NCBI GenBank assembly: GCA_018402725.1
Contig: JAGYII010000005.1
Location: 11,308 to 75,307 of the forward strand
DNA length: 64,000 nt
Reading direction: 5' to 3'
Origin: Candidatus Izemoplasma sp.
GTDB lineage: Bacteria > Bacillota_I > Bacilli_A > Izemoplasmatales > Izemoplasmataceae
Part shown: positions 52,337-62,067 of the stretch, in pieces
Numbering within the stretch: position 1 is the stretch's first letter
How the letters are laid out: every line of letters begins with the position of its first letter
The notes under the pieces: generated by a model
Databases searched by the model: none
What the model was told of the DNA's origin: nothing
What the model saw: only the letters and a program-made list of their open reading frames with translations
Program-made: the position numbers and the translations under genes

Positions 52337-53398
52337 TTGGAAATTAAAATTCAGAATTTAACCAAAGTTTTTACGAATAAAAAAATGACCGAAACCGTAG
52401 CAGTTGATCATCTTGATGTTACCATTCCATCAGGAAAATTGATTGGTCTTTTAGGCCCCTCTGGTTGCGGGAAGTCGACCACCTTATATATGATTTCTGG
52501 ATTATTAAAACCTACCGATGGCAAGATTTTTTTTGGCGATGAAGACGTGACTAACGTTCCGCCAGAAGATCGAGGCATCGGTTTAGTTTTTCAAAATTAT
52601 GCCTTATATCCTCACATGACCGTTCAACAAAATATTTTATTCCCATTAGAAAATCTTAAAGTTCCAAGACCTGAAGCAATGGAAAGAGCACAAAAAATTG
52701 CTGACCTTGTAGGTATTGGAGAGTTAATGAACCGTAAACCTGTGCAACTATCAGGGGGTCAACAACAACGTGTTGCTATCGCTAGAGCCTTAGTCAAAGA
52801 ACCCCGTGTTCTATTGTTAGATGAACCCTTATCAAACCTTGATGCTCGCTTACGTTTACAAACACGCGAAGAGATACGTAGAATTCAAAGAGAAACTGGA
52901 ATTACCACGATTTTTGTTACCCACGATCAAGAAGAAGCCATGTCTATTTCTGACGAAATTATCTTGATGGACTTTGGGGTTATGAAACAAAAAGGGGCTC
53001 CTCAAGAAGTGTATGATAATCCAACCAATTTATTCTCGGCCCGTTTTTTAGGAACGCCGCCGATAAATATCTTTAATGGTGAGATTTCTGCCGGTAAAAT
53101 TAAACTTGGAAAGTCGAACTTAGGAACCACCGATGTGAAAAGCCAAAACGTGGTAATTGGGATTCGTCCTGAAGGCTTTAAAGTCGATCCTAAGGGACCC
53201 CTTAAAGTCGAAGTAGAATTTGTGGAAACCATCGGTCGCGATACCACGCTTTTAATCATCGATCCAACGGACCCAACGAAACGTTTCCGTGGAATCATTG
53301 ATGCCGACTATAAAGTCGTAGCCGGCGATACGATTCAACTCTCCGTTAAACCGCACAAGATGTTTATATTTGATCCTGAAACGGGGGAAAAACTATAA
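52337..53398 (+). CDS. CUT1-family ABC importer ATPase (MsmX/MalK/UgpC-like with a C-terminal TOBE domain).
   Basis: Walker A GPSGCGKST, signature LSGGQQQR, Walker B and a C-terminal regulatory domain. The probable TTG start at 52337 sits behind AGGAGA. The ORF track extends to 52247. Confidence 0.85.
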   Translation: MEIKIQNLTKVFTNKKMTETVAVDHLDVTIPSGKLIGLLGPSGCGKSTTLYMISGLLKPTDGKIFFGDEDVTNVPPEDRGIGLVFQNYALYPHMTVQQNILFPLENLKVPRPEAMERAQKIADLVGIGELMNRKPVQLSGGQQQRVAIARALVKEPRVLLLDEPLSNLDARLRLQTREEIRRIQRETGITTIFVTHDQEEAMSISDEIILMDFGVMKQKGAPQEVYDNPTNLFSARFLGTPPINIFNGEISAGKIKLGKSNLGTTDVKSQNVVIGIRPEGFKVDPKGPLKVEVEFVETIGRDTTLLIIDPTDPTKRFRGIIDADYKVVAGDTIQLSVKPHKMFIFDPETGEKL

Positions 53399-54325
53399 AT
53401 GTTAGAAGATAAAAGTAATATTAAAGCCTGGCTTTATTTAGCTCCTGCGCTTATTTTATTGACCATATTTATCTTTTACCCCATTATTAATGCATTATTT
53501 TTAGTGATTTTAAGTGACTATAATTATCTCCAAGGAACGTGGCAAGGATTTACGTTAACTGATAACTTTGTATATGTATTTAGAAACCAAAATTTTATCC
53601 AAGCATTGACTAACACCATGTTAATAACGTTTGTATCGGTACCTGTTTCAGTTACTCTTTCACTGTTTGTCTCGGTGTGGCTGAATTCAGTGGCTAAATC
53701 TAAAGGCTTTTTCCAAACCATCTTTTTCTTACCTTATGTCACCAATGCGATTGCGATTGGGATGGCTTTTGCTTTTTTATTCAACCGAAACTTTGGCCTT
53801 ATCAATACCATCTTAGGGTGGGTCGGATTAAACCCTGTAAACTGGGTTGGACTCGGCGCAACTTGGGGGAACGCGATGTTTAGCTTACTCGTGTATGTGG
53901 TATGGGGATCGCTTGCGTTCAAAATTATGGTGTTTTTAAGTGGACTCCAAAATATCGATAAACAATATTATGATGCAGCTCGTGTTGATTCTACTAAAAA
54001 GGGACGCATCTTTAGACGGATTACCGTCCCCCTCTTATCACCGATGATTTTTTACATCACCATCACTTCGTTTATTGGTGCCTTTAAAGCGTACACCGAA
54101 GTGATTGGAATGTTTGGCGAACGATTAGGTCCCCCTGGAAATGATAAAGCGCTGATTACCGTGGTGGCTCTTGTCTATGATGCCTTAGACCGATCTGGGG
54201 TGCCTGGTGCTTTATCAGAAGCCGCGGCCACGGCCATTGTATTATTTGCAATTACCTTGATTTTTACATTAATTAACACGCGAATTTCAAAGAATCGTGT
54301 ACATTATGCAGGGGGGGCAAAATAA
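53399..54325 (+). CDS. ABC transporter permease (UgpA/MalF-type).
   Basis: A 308 aa ORF with 6 TM segments and the EAA loop region. Confidence 0.8.
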   Translation: MLEDKSNIKAWLYLAPALILLTIFIFYPIINALFLVILSDYNYLQGTWQGFTLTDNFVYVFRNQNFIQALTNTMLITFVSVPVSVTLSLFVSVWLNSVAKSKGFFQTIFFLPYVTNAIAIGMAFAFLFNRNFGLINTILGWVGLNPVNWVGLGATWGNAMFSLLVYVVWGSLAFKIMVFLSGLQNIDKQYYDAARVDSTKKGRIFRRITVPLLSPMIFYITITSFIGAFKAYTEVIGMFGERLGPPGNDKALITVVALVYDALDRSGVPGALSEAAATAIVLFAITLIFTLINTRISKNRVHYAGGAK

Positions 54326-55218
54326 TGGCCGCTCAGGTGCAAAACTTATACGGAAACGAGAAACAATTAAGACGCCAATTCATTCTGCGTCAAACGTATG
54401 TTTTTACGATGTTGATTATATTCTCAATCATCGTCATCATTCCTTTTTACTGGATGATATTAACAGCGTTTAAAACCGAAGCTCAAGTATTTACCTCTCC
54501 ACCCATCCTATGGTTAACCGAACTCAACTTTAGTAATTTTGGGGCCGCCATGAATGCAGCGCCGTTCTTAAGATATATGGGAAATACCGTCGTCGTCTCG
54601 TTTTTTTCAACGATCGGAACGGTGATAACAACAATCTTTGCAGCTTTTGCGTTTGCGAGACTTAACTTCACAGGTCGTGATGCGATCTTCATGTTACTCA
54701 TTTCAACGATGATGATTCCCGGAGAAATATTCGTCATTACCAACTTCTTAACGGTGGTTGAATTTGGCTGGATTAAAGATCAAACCTATACTACCGCTTT
54801 ACTTGCTATGACGATTCCTTTTATGACCAGTATCTTTTACATCTTCTTCTTAAGACAAAGTTTCAGACAAATTCCAAACGAGCTTTACTATGCGGCTAAA
54901 GTCGATGGTACAAGTGACTTCAAATATCTAAGAAGAGTGATGATTCCGATTGCGATGCCGACCATCATTACCATTACTATTTTGAACGCTATGGGAACCT
55001 GGAACGCCTATATTTGGCCAAGATTGGTCACCCAGCGTCAAGAATTTGGACTGGTGTCTAACGGGTTAAGAAATGCTTTTAACGACTTGGCTGGCGTGGT
55101 CGCTTATAACGAACAAATGGCCGCGGCACTCCTGGTGACGTTCCCGCTCTTAGTCGTGTTTTTACTTCTAAAAAAATATATTATCCGCGGGGTTTCCCGC
55201 AGTGGAATAAAAGGTTAA
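54325..55218 (+). CDS. ABC transporter permease (UgpE/MalG-type).
   Basis: A 297 aa ORF with 6 TM segments and an EAA motif (YYAAKVDGTSDFKYLRRVMIP). Confidence 0.8.
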   Translation: MAAQVQNLYGNEKQLRRQFILRQTYVFTMLIIFSIIVIIPFYWMILTAFKTEAQVFTSPPILWLTELNFSNFGAAMNAAPFLRYMGNTVVVSFFSTIGTVITTIFAAFAFARLNFTGRDAIFMLLISTMMIPGEIFVITNFLTVVEFGWIKDQTYTTALLAMTIPFMTSIFYIFFLRQSFRQIPNELYYAAKVDGTSDFKYLRRVMIPIAMPTIITITILNAMGTWNAYIWPRLVTQRQEFGLVSNGLRNAFNDLAGVVAYNEQMAAALLVTFPLLVVFLLLKKYIIRGVSRSGIKG

Positions 55219-55243
55219 AAAAAACTTTAGGAGGATACCTATT

Positions 55244-56610
55244 ATGAAAAAAGTATTAAGTTTTATCGCAGCCCTTGCGATGGTGCTGAGCTTATCGGCG
55301 TGTTTAGCCGGAGGAGGCCGGGAAGAAGCGGTTGTCGACATCCCAAATGAACTCCCCAATGTACCCATAGAAATCGTGATGTGGCATGCGTTTGGCCAGG
55401 CCAATCAAGATTTACTCCAGGAAATGTTTGACAGTTTCCGTTTGATTTACCCTCAAGTCACGATCATTCAAGTGAGTCAAGGAGGCTATGATGGTCTTCG
55501 TGAATCCACGATGCAAGGGATCGTTTCAGGTATTACCCCAGTTATTGTCATGGGTTACCCAGATCATTTTGTAGAGTATTTAAATGGGAATGCTTTAGTC
55601 CCTTTAGATGAGTACATCAATCACCCAGAACACGGGATTGATCTAGAAGATTTCGTCCAAGGGTTCTTAGAAGAAAACCGTCAGTATCTGGACGGTAAAC
55701 AATATTCATTACCCTTTGCGAAATCAGCCGAGATGATCGTTTACAACAAAGACTGGTTTGATACACAAGAGTATTACATATCAGAACCATTCCATTAACA
55801 TGGGCGGAACTTGAAGAGTCCTTGCAGAGACCATGGTGGGTTCAGGACCTAACCAATGTGATTTCTTATTTAACGCGGACTCTCGGCTAACTTCTTTATT
55901 AATTCAACCCGTCAATGGGATGCAGGGTATACCAATGAAGGACAAATCCTCATCGACAACCCTCAAACCAGAGAAATGTTGTCTTACTTTGAAGATTTGT
56001 TTGAACGTGATGTTGTGGCCTTCCCGATTGAATGGGAAGAAAATTACAGATCGATTCCTTTTAAACAAGGAAAAGTGTGTATGTCCCAAGGCTCTACCGC
56101 CGGAACGCGTCATAACGTACCTGGTGCTGATGATGCCTTTACGAATATTGGCATAATTCCTGTCATTCAAAAGGCTTAGACAATCAACACGCGATGCAAC
56201 AAGGACCCAATGTTGCGATCATTTCGAATGCCGATGACAACCAACGTTTGGTATGGCTCTTATTAAAACACATGACTTCGACTGAAAACACGGCTGATTT
56301 TGCGATGGCTACGGGCTACGTTCGGTCGTATTTCAGGTTTGAAACGCCCGAATATCAAACGTTCTTACAACTCGTTAACCGTCATGAAGCGGGTGAAACC
56401 TTAACCCCACAGAACAGTTCAGTTACCCTTCTCAATGGCGGCTAATGTTGCTTTTACGCAAGTGAACGTATCGTTTGACAGCGCCTTTGTCGGACGTGTG
56501 ACTTCATCAGGGGCAAGACGTGAAGCGGGCCTTGCCTTTGAAGCCGATATGCAGGAACTAGAACCGTTGAAAGAAGCCATTAACAGAATGTTAAACCAGC
56601 TCAGACAATA
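55244..56610 (+). pseudogene. Decayed ABC substrate-binding lipoprotein with at least 5 frame disruptions.
   Basis: An intact lipoprotein signal (LSLSACLAGGG) and about 185 aa of SBP-like sequence end at the TAA stop at 55796-55798. SBP-like segments then continue in other frames (TWAELEESLQ..., GYTNEGQILIDNPQTREMLSYFEDLF..., MSQGSTAG..., and the C-terminal ...EADMQELEPLKEAINRMLNQLRQ), broken by stops. Confidence 0.8.
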
Positions 56611-56644
56611 ATCTAGTTAGGATGATTTTAAATGAAAAACGTTC

Positions 56645-57410
56645 ATGATTTTGATGTTCATCCTGATGACTTTTGCCCTGACAGCCTGTCAAGAGACCCC
56701 TGCAGTCGAAGAAGGGCCCACCGTCATTAGTTATCCAGTGGACAGAAGCCTTGACCTCAAGCGGTTGAATATGAAAATCGTGAGTTCTTTAGAAGATGGA
56801 ATTGGGAAGTCACCCTCGACCGGTGTGTCGATGGGGATACGACCTTCTTCCAATCAGGGACCAGTCGCCCCTTCAGTGTTCGCTATATTGGGATTGATAC
56901 CCGTGAGTCCACGACTCGTGTGGATGCGTGGGGGATGCCTGCAAGTTTATTTGTTTGTGAGATTTAGAAGGAGCTACCACGATCGTCTTAGGAGCGAGAC
57001 AGAGGCCGTTGGCAGCAAAGATAACTTCAGTAGCAGGCTTGCTTATGTATGGGTGGATGGCATCCTAATTAATCTACGCTTAGTGGAAAGCTTTACACCC
57101 CGCGGTGGGTGCTGGGGTCTTGAAATACAGCGATGCCTTTTAAGAGCTCAACAACACGCGATGAGTACTGGACGACATTTTGGGGTGAAACCGATCCGAG
57201 CTTTGACGGTGAGCCTTTAAGTATTAATACGATGGAAGAACTCTTTGAGAATAAAGAATTGTATGTCAATCAGTTTCTTAAATATCACAGGCGTGGTGAC
57301 CGAAGTTTCAGGCGCAACAGATTCAGGATCAATGGGGGCGAGGATATTCTTGTCTATGCAGAAATCAAATTCCTGCGACCATAGCCGATGGTTTATACCC
57401 GGAAAAACTT
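56645..57410 (+). pseudogene. Staphylococcal-nuclease (SNase)-like lipoprotein remnant.
   Basis: The lipoprotein signal MILMFILMTFALTAC is in frame A. The catalytic-core motifs VTLDRCVDGDTTFF...VRYIGIDTRE...WGMPAS lie in frame +1 and end in a stop. The C-terminal RLAYVWVDGILINLRLVESF is back in frame A. The catalytic IDTPE is mutated to IDTRE. Confidence 0.7.
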
Positions 57411-57509
57411 TAAAGGCAACAATATTTATAACGAATTTTAACAACCAATGGCAACTCACTAATTTTATTATCAGAGCGTCGAGTTCCTAGGTGTATCCAG
57501 GAGGAAAAA

Positions 57510-60116
57510 ATGAAAAAGTTATTTTTGGCCATGTTAATGGTCATGGGTTTTAATGACTCTCTCGCGACCTGTGGTGGCGAGACTGACAGACCCGTAAATG
57601 AAGGAATCAAACGTTGGTTATTAACGCGAGAGATTCGTTGATTATCCAGTTTAGACAGGGTGGTAGGAAACTTGAATCCTACCTACAGAGTCATGTGGAA
57701 CTACCGTTGTGGAAGCATCATCTAATCAGTCATTTCTAACACTGGGGCTATTTACACGTCAGAAGTAGGAGAAAAGTAATGCAGTGGTAACCGAATTGGC
57801 TTGACCGTTTCCTTTGAATGAAGCAACGGCGACAAGAACCTTTGAAGCTCTTGTTATTGCTCAAGAACCATCCTAACTCGTTTTACAGAATGGCCTGCTC
57901 TTTATGAGGCTTCAAATTATTAATGATCTTATAACCATTGAAGTTGTCTCCAACGTCTTTGACGGCGGATTCTTTGTTTTTGATGGCGCTTATCATCTAG
58001 GTGTTTACATTGGATCAGGCGGAACAGGCGTAGTCACTGTGGGTGATGAAGTGAGAGTCACCGGAACTTATGCCCGTTACTATACGCTACCAACTAGATA
58101 CCATTGAAGAGACCGTTATTTTATCGCAAGGAAATGAAATCCCGACGTTCAGTAACACCGATCATCGAATTTCAATGACTTAGATTTGGAAGACCTCACT
58201 TGTTCATGGGCAATTCTATGAATTGACCGGGACCCTTGTTCAAAAGGAAATAATAGCAACTTATATTTAGAGTAGGAATTCAGACAGAAAGTGCTTGGTG
58301 TACTACTATTCAGATGCGGCTTCGTTAGAAGTAGCAATCCGTTGTGGCAGAACCATTACGATTACGCCCACACTATACCCTTCACAGCACCAACGGAGTG
58401 ATGATGTCATTCCGCGGTGATGGGGATGATGTTCATTTGTTGCTGAATTATCAGAAAACTCAAAATTAGAGCTTGATAAAAACGTATTATTAGGAACTCG
58501 TTTCTTAACGTTTGGCGACGCGATTACCTTACCAGACTGGGGTAAACGGGACCGTATTTAGTAATTGGGCTTCAGTGATGCTACGCTCGTAGGAAATGAC
58601 AGGGCCTATGTTGCGACGCCTGAAACGCCAACTAACGTTACATTCACCGTGACCGCAACTAATGGAGGAAATCTCCGAAGAATTAACAGTAACAGTTCAT
58701 TCATTGGCGGAAATTTCCATTGAAGATGCTTTAAAAGTAGCTCCGGGTGGGTTTATTTATGTTCACTGGTAAAGTCGTTGAGATTATTGCTAGAAACAGT
58801 GGTTTTTATGTCTATGATGGTACCGGTCTTATTTACGTAAGAGATACCGCTTTCTGGGGTGAAAACAATTGAATCTGTCGTCATTGGAATTCTTGGACCT
58901 TTGTCGGTGCAAGAGGCTTATTCCGCGGGTTGCCTCAAGTTGAAGCATTGAGGATTGAGTGGAAACTTCAACTGAAACCTTGCGGACGATCCTTTACTTG
59001 GATTCACACCCTTGAGATATTAGAAAATGGAAACATCATTCCGGGTGGACGTTGCTCAATTTGTGGAACAGCCACCATTGTTGAAGGCCATTCACGGATT
59101 ACCGTGTTCGAAGCAGGAGCTCCTTCACGTTCAACTTCACCATAACGCAAATAACAATGCGATTGCAGACTTTGCGGGTCAAGAAATTCTCATTTGAAGT
59201 GCGCCCCTTCCAATGGGATAGTGAAGCCCCATTTGTAAGCATATACTAAGACCGCTGAAGACGTCAGCGTGAACCTAACTTAAGCTCAAAAGATGAGTTA
59301 GCAGTGGTCACCGCTGCGACGAACGCAAACGTATTTAGAACGGTCAGAGAAAACTTAACATTAGCCACTGCTGGATTATTTGATAGCACTGTTAGCTATT
59401 CATCCAGCAACACCAATGTCGTAGCGAATGATGGAACGGTGACTTTTGGAGCTGAAGCAACCGAAGTGACCTTAACCATTACCGTCGGAAGTTTCTCAAA
59501 AGCATACGTTCTCAACGTGGCTCAAGCTTCTTTAAATGTTAAAGAAGCCATCGAAATTGAAAATGGAGAAGACGTCTTGGTGCGTGGGGTGGTCGTTAGT
59601 ATCGATCCTCATACCAACGGATTCTTTATCCAAGATGCAGACGGGGCCGGTATCTATGTAGGTAATTTTGGAACAGACGATCTTAAATCAAAAGTAAAAG
59701 TAGGAGATTTAGTCTGGGTCTCAGGAGTCAGAGATACCTTTGCCCGCTTTGGTAATAACCAAAACCAAGTATGGACGGCAAGCTTAGTTGAAGTGGTTCG
59801 TTCAGGCGTTGAAGTCTTTGTCTTTGAAGGATTTACAGTGGATCAAATTATTACTGATTATCCAACCAGTGATTCTAAACGTTTCATCGTAGAAGATGTC
59901 ACTATTGATTTTTATGATAACTTTAGCCATGTATTCTTAACGAATTCAGATGATGCTCTAGAAATCCAAATCAAGTTTGACATCCGCCAGGTGGCGGCAG
60001 GATGGGATCCTGAAGATTATCCAGAAGGAACTGTCTTAACCTTAGCTTTCACCACTCAACGGATCGACTTTGACAATTACCGTGTGGTCGATGTCGTCAT
60101 TATCACCGAAGAGTAA
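57510..60116 (+). pseudogene. Remnant of a large multi-domain surface lipoprotein with repeated OB-fold (tRNA_anti-like) and bacterial Ig-like domains. Only the last 270 codons (59304-60116) remain as an ORF.
   Basis: A lipoprotein start (MKKLFLAMLMVMGFNDSLATCGG, RBS AGGAGG) is followed by multiple stops. OB-fold-like blocks in broken frames include FFVFDGAYHLGVYIGSGGTGVVTVGDEVRVTGTYARYYTLP, GGFIYVHW/KVVEIIARNSGFYVYDGTGLIYVRD and GFFIQDADGAGIYVGNFGTDDLKSKVKVGDLVWVSG. Ig-like blocks include TFTVTATNGG and ...VTFGAEATEVTLTITVGSF. A strong terminator follows at 60124-60152. Confidence 0.65.
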
Positions 60117-60195
60117 TCAACAAAAAGGGGCCACTCAGTGGTCCCTTTTTTAAACAGACTCATTGTGGTATGATGGTGTGTTAAAGAGGTGAACG

Positions 60196-61116
60196 ATGTT
60201 TAAAAAAGCGATTATAATTCTCATTCTTTTAACCATTTCAGGCTGTCAATCAAGCGAGTTTAGACTCCCGGATTTAGAAGGTAAAACACGCTCTGAAATT
60301 GAGCTCATTTTCAGTGAGATAGAATTAGATATCGATTTTATCGAACGTACCTTTGTGATTGAAAATCAGTCTAATCTCTTTATTGAATACGGCATGTTTT
60401 TAAATAGTGGTGATATCCTTGAACCCGGATCATATGTACCCATTATTGTCAGTGCTAGTTTAATTGATGACTCAATTTACTTTGTTCCACAGTCCATTCC
60501 TTATGATGGTCCCCGTTTAGATCAGCAATTTTTTGAGCTTGAATTAGCCATTCGAAATGAGACCTCGGTTCGAGGGGTTGGAGGCGCTTTTTATGTAGAA
60601 CTCCAATCGGATGGATGTGTCGATGGAGATACCGCAAAGTTCATCGTCCCAGAAGCCATGGTTACTTTTACGAACAACCCCTATGTCAGAAGTCGCTTTT
60701 TAAATTTTGATACCCCTGAGACATTCTCAGGAGGCGAACAAGAATTTGGTCAACCCGCTTCTCAATACGCATGTGAGCTTTTGATGAACGCTTCTCAAAT
60801 TGTTCTTCAAACCGATCCAGGGGATAATTTATTTGATCGCTATGGTCGTCTTCTCGCCTGGATTTGGATTCAAAACGGGGATGAACCTTTTGAGCTATTA
60901 AACTACATGATGGTAAGACAAGGACTTGGCGTGGTGAGATACTTATTTGGAGCCGGTGAAACCAATGTCACGGTATTTGATGGTTTAACGTATACAGAGT
61001 GGATGTTCCTTGCTGAAGATAGAGCCGTCAAAGATCAACTGGGTCGCCATGGAGACTTCTTAGATTATTATTGGGACTATGATAAAGACGCCCCTAATCC
61101 TTATACATGGCCTTAG
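60196..61116 (+). CDS. Intact SNase-like (thermonuclease family) lipoprotein.
   Basis: A 306 aa ORF with the lipobox LLTISGC and SNase motifs (CVDGDTAKF, FLNFDTPE, YGRLLAWIW...MVRQGLG). Confidence 0.8.
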   Translation: MFKKAIIILILLTISGCQSSEFRLPDLEGKTRSEIELIFSEIELDIDFIERTFVIENQSNLFIEYGMFLNSGDILEPGSYVPIIVSASLIDDSIYFVPQSIPYDGPRLDQQFFELELAIRNETSVRGVGGAFYVELQSDGCVDGDTAKFIVPEAMVTFTNNPYVRSRFLNFDTPETFSGGEQEFGQPASQYACELLMNASQIVLQTDPGDNLFDRYGRLLAWIWIQNGDEPFELLNYMMVRQGLGVVRYLFGAGETNVTVFDGLTYTEWMFLAEDRAVKDQLGRHGDFLDYYWDYDKDAPNPYTWP

Positions 61117-61125
61117 GAGAAAATC

Positions 61126-62067
61126 ATGATTAAAACGATTCAAGAAAAGATTGAAGCCTATTCAACCATTTTGATATTCAGGCATTTAGAAGCCGATTAT
61201 GATGCCCTTGGATCTCAACTCGGCTTAAAAGCTTTAATCCAAGAAAACTACCCGGGCAAACAAGTCCTTGCTTTAGGTCAAGATAATCAATTTGATAGCC
61301 TAGGTAAGATGGATCACCTTCAAGAATTTGAGGGAGATAAGACTTTAGCGATCGTGGTGGATGTCGCTCAAACGCACCGTATTGATGACGAGCGATTCTT
61401 AAAGTGTCAGGAAATTATCGTGATTGATCATCATCAGAATGACAGTGATTGTGCAACGCTATTTTGGCAAGATAAAAAAGCCATTGCCGCCGCTGAAATG
61501 ATTACACATCTTGCAATAAAATTAAACTGGAAATTCAACTCCCAAAGCGCCAAAGCCCTTATGATGGGCCTTGTTTCTGATAGTGGTCGATTCTTATTTA
61601 AAGGAACTCGTGTAGAGTCATTTGAGGCTGCAGCAACCCTATTAAACCAAGGCCTTGATTTGGATGAAATCTATCAGTCCATGTATACAGAAAATATTGA
61701 AATGAAGCGATTAAGAGGCTATGGACTGAGTACATTTACGCTTTTAGATTCAGGCGTCGCTTATTTAAGAAATGCACCAGACATCAAACGTCGTTTTAAT
61801 GTATCAGAGTTTTCAGTGAGCCGTGGATTAGTCAGCGTCATGGGGCAAATAAAAGGGGTTCATGCCTGGGTTAACTTTACTGAAACCGATGAAGGAGAAA
61901 TCCTCGCAGAGATCAGAAGTGCCAGCGTCCCTCTAGATGATGTCGCTAAAAGTTATGGAGGTGGCGGCCATCAACTCGCCTGCGGATGTACATTACATAG
62001 TTGGCCCCAAACGCAAGAACTCATCAACGCCATTGAAAAGAAAGTAGGCACTCATGACCTTAAATGA
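61126..62067 (+). CDS. nrnA: DHH-DHHA1 phosphoesterase NrnA (nanoRNase / pAp phosphatase).
   Basis: A 313 aa ORF with DHH motifs I-III (HLEADYDALGS, VVDVA, DHH) and the DHHA1 GGGGH motif. Confidence 0.8.
   Translation: MIKTIQEKIEAYSTILIFRHLEADYDALGSQLGLKALIQENYPGKQVLALGQDNQFDSLGKMDHLQEFEGDKTLAIVVDVAQTHRIDDERFLKCQEIIVIDHHQNDSDCATLFWQDKKAIAAAEMITHLAIKLNWKFNSQSAKALMMGLVSDSGRFLFKGTRVESFEAAATLLNQGLDLDEIYQSMYTENIEMKRLRGYGLSTFTLLDSGVAYLRNAPDIKRRFNVSEFSVSRGLVSVMGQIKGVHAWVNFTETDEGEILAEIRSASVPLDDVAKSYGGGGHQLACGCTLHSWPQTQELINAIEKKVGTHDLK

Noticed and set aside
56645-57220. Annotating the 191-aa ORF as an intact hypothetical lipoprotein.
   Set aside because: Conserved SNase core motifs are in a different frame in the middle of the ORF, so the open frame is coincidental. 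It is treated as a pseudogene.
57650-57900. An ORF-free stretch that might hide a tRNA or small RNA.
   Set aside because: There is no tRNA-like T-arm (GGTTCGAAT) or acceptor structure. Conceptual translations show it is part of the decayed OB-fold surface protein gene.
55244-60152. The GC-rich decayed block as a prophage, integrative element or IS.
   Set aside because: There is no integrase, transposase, recombinase, tRNA target, terminal inverted repeats or direct repeats. All recognisable content is lipoprotein, nuclease or SBP sequence.
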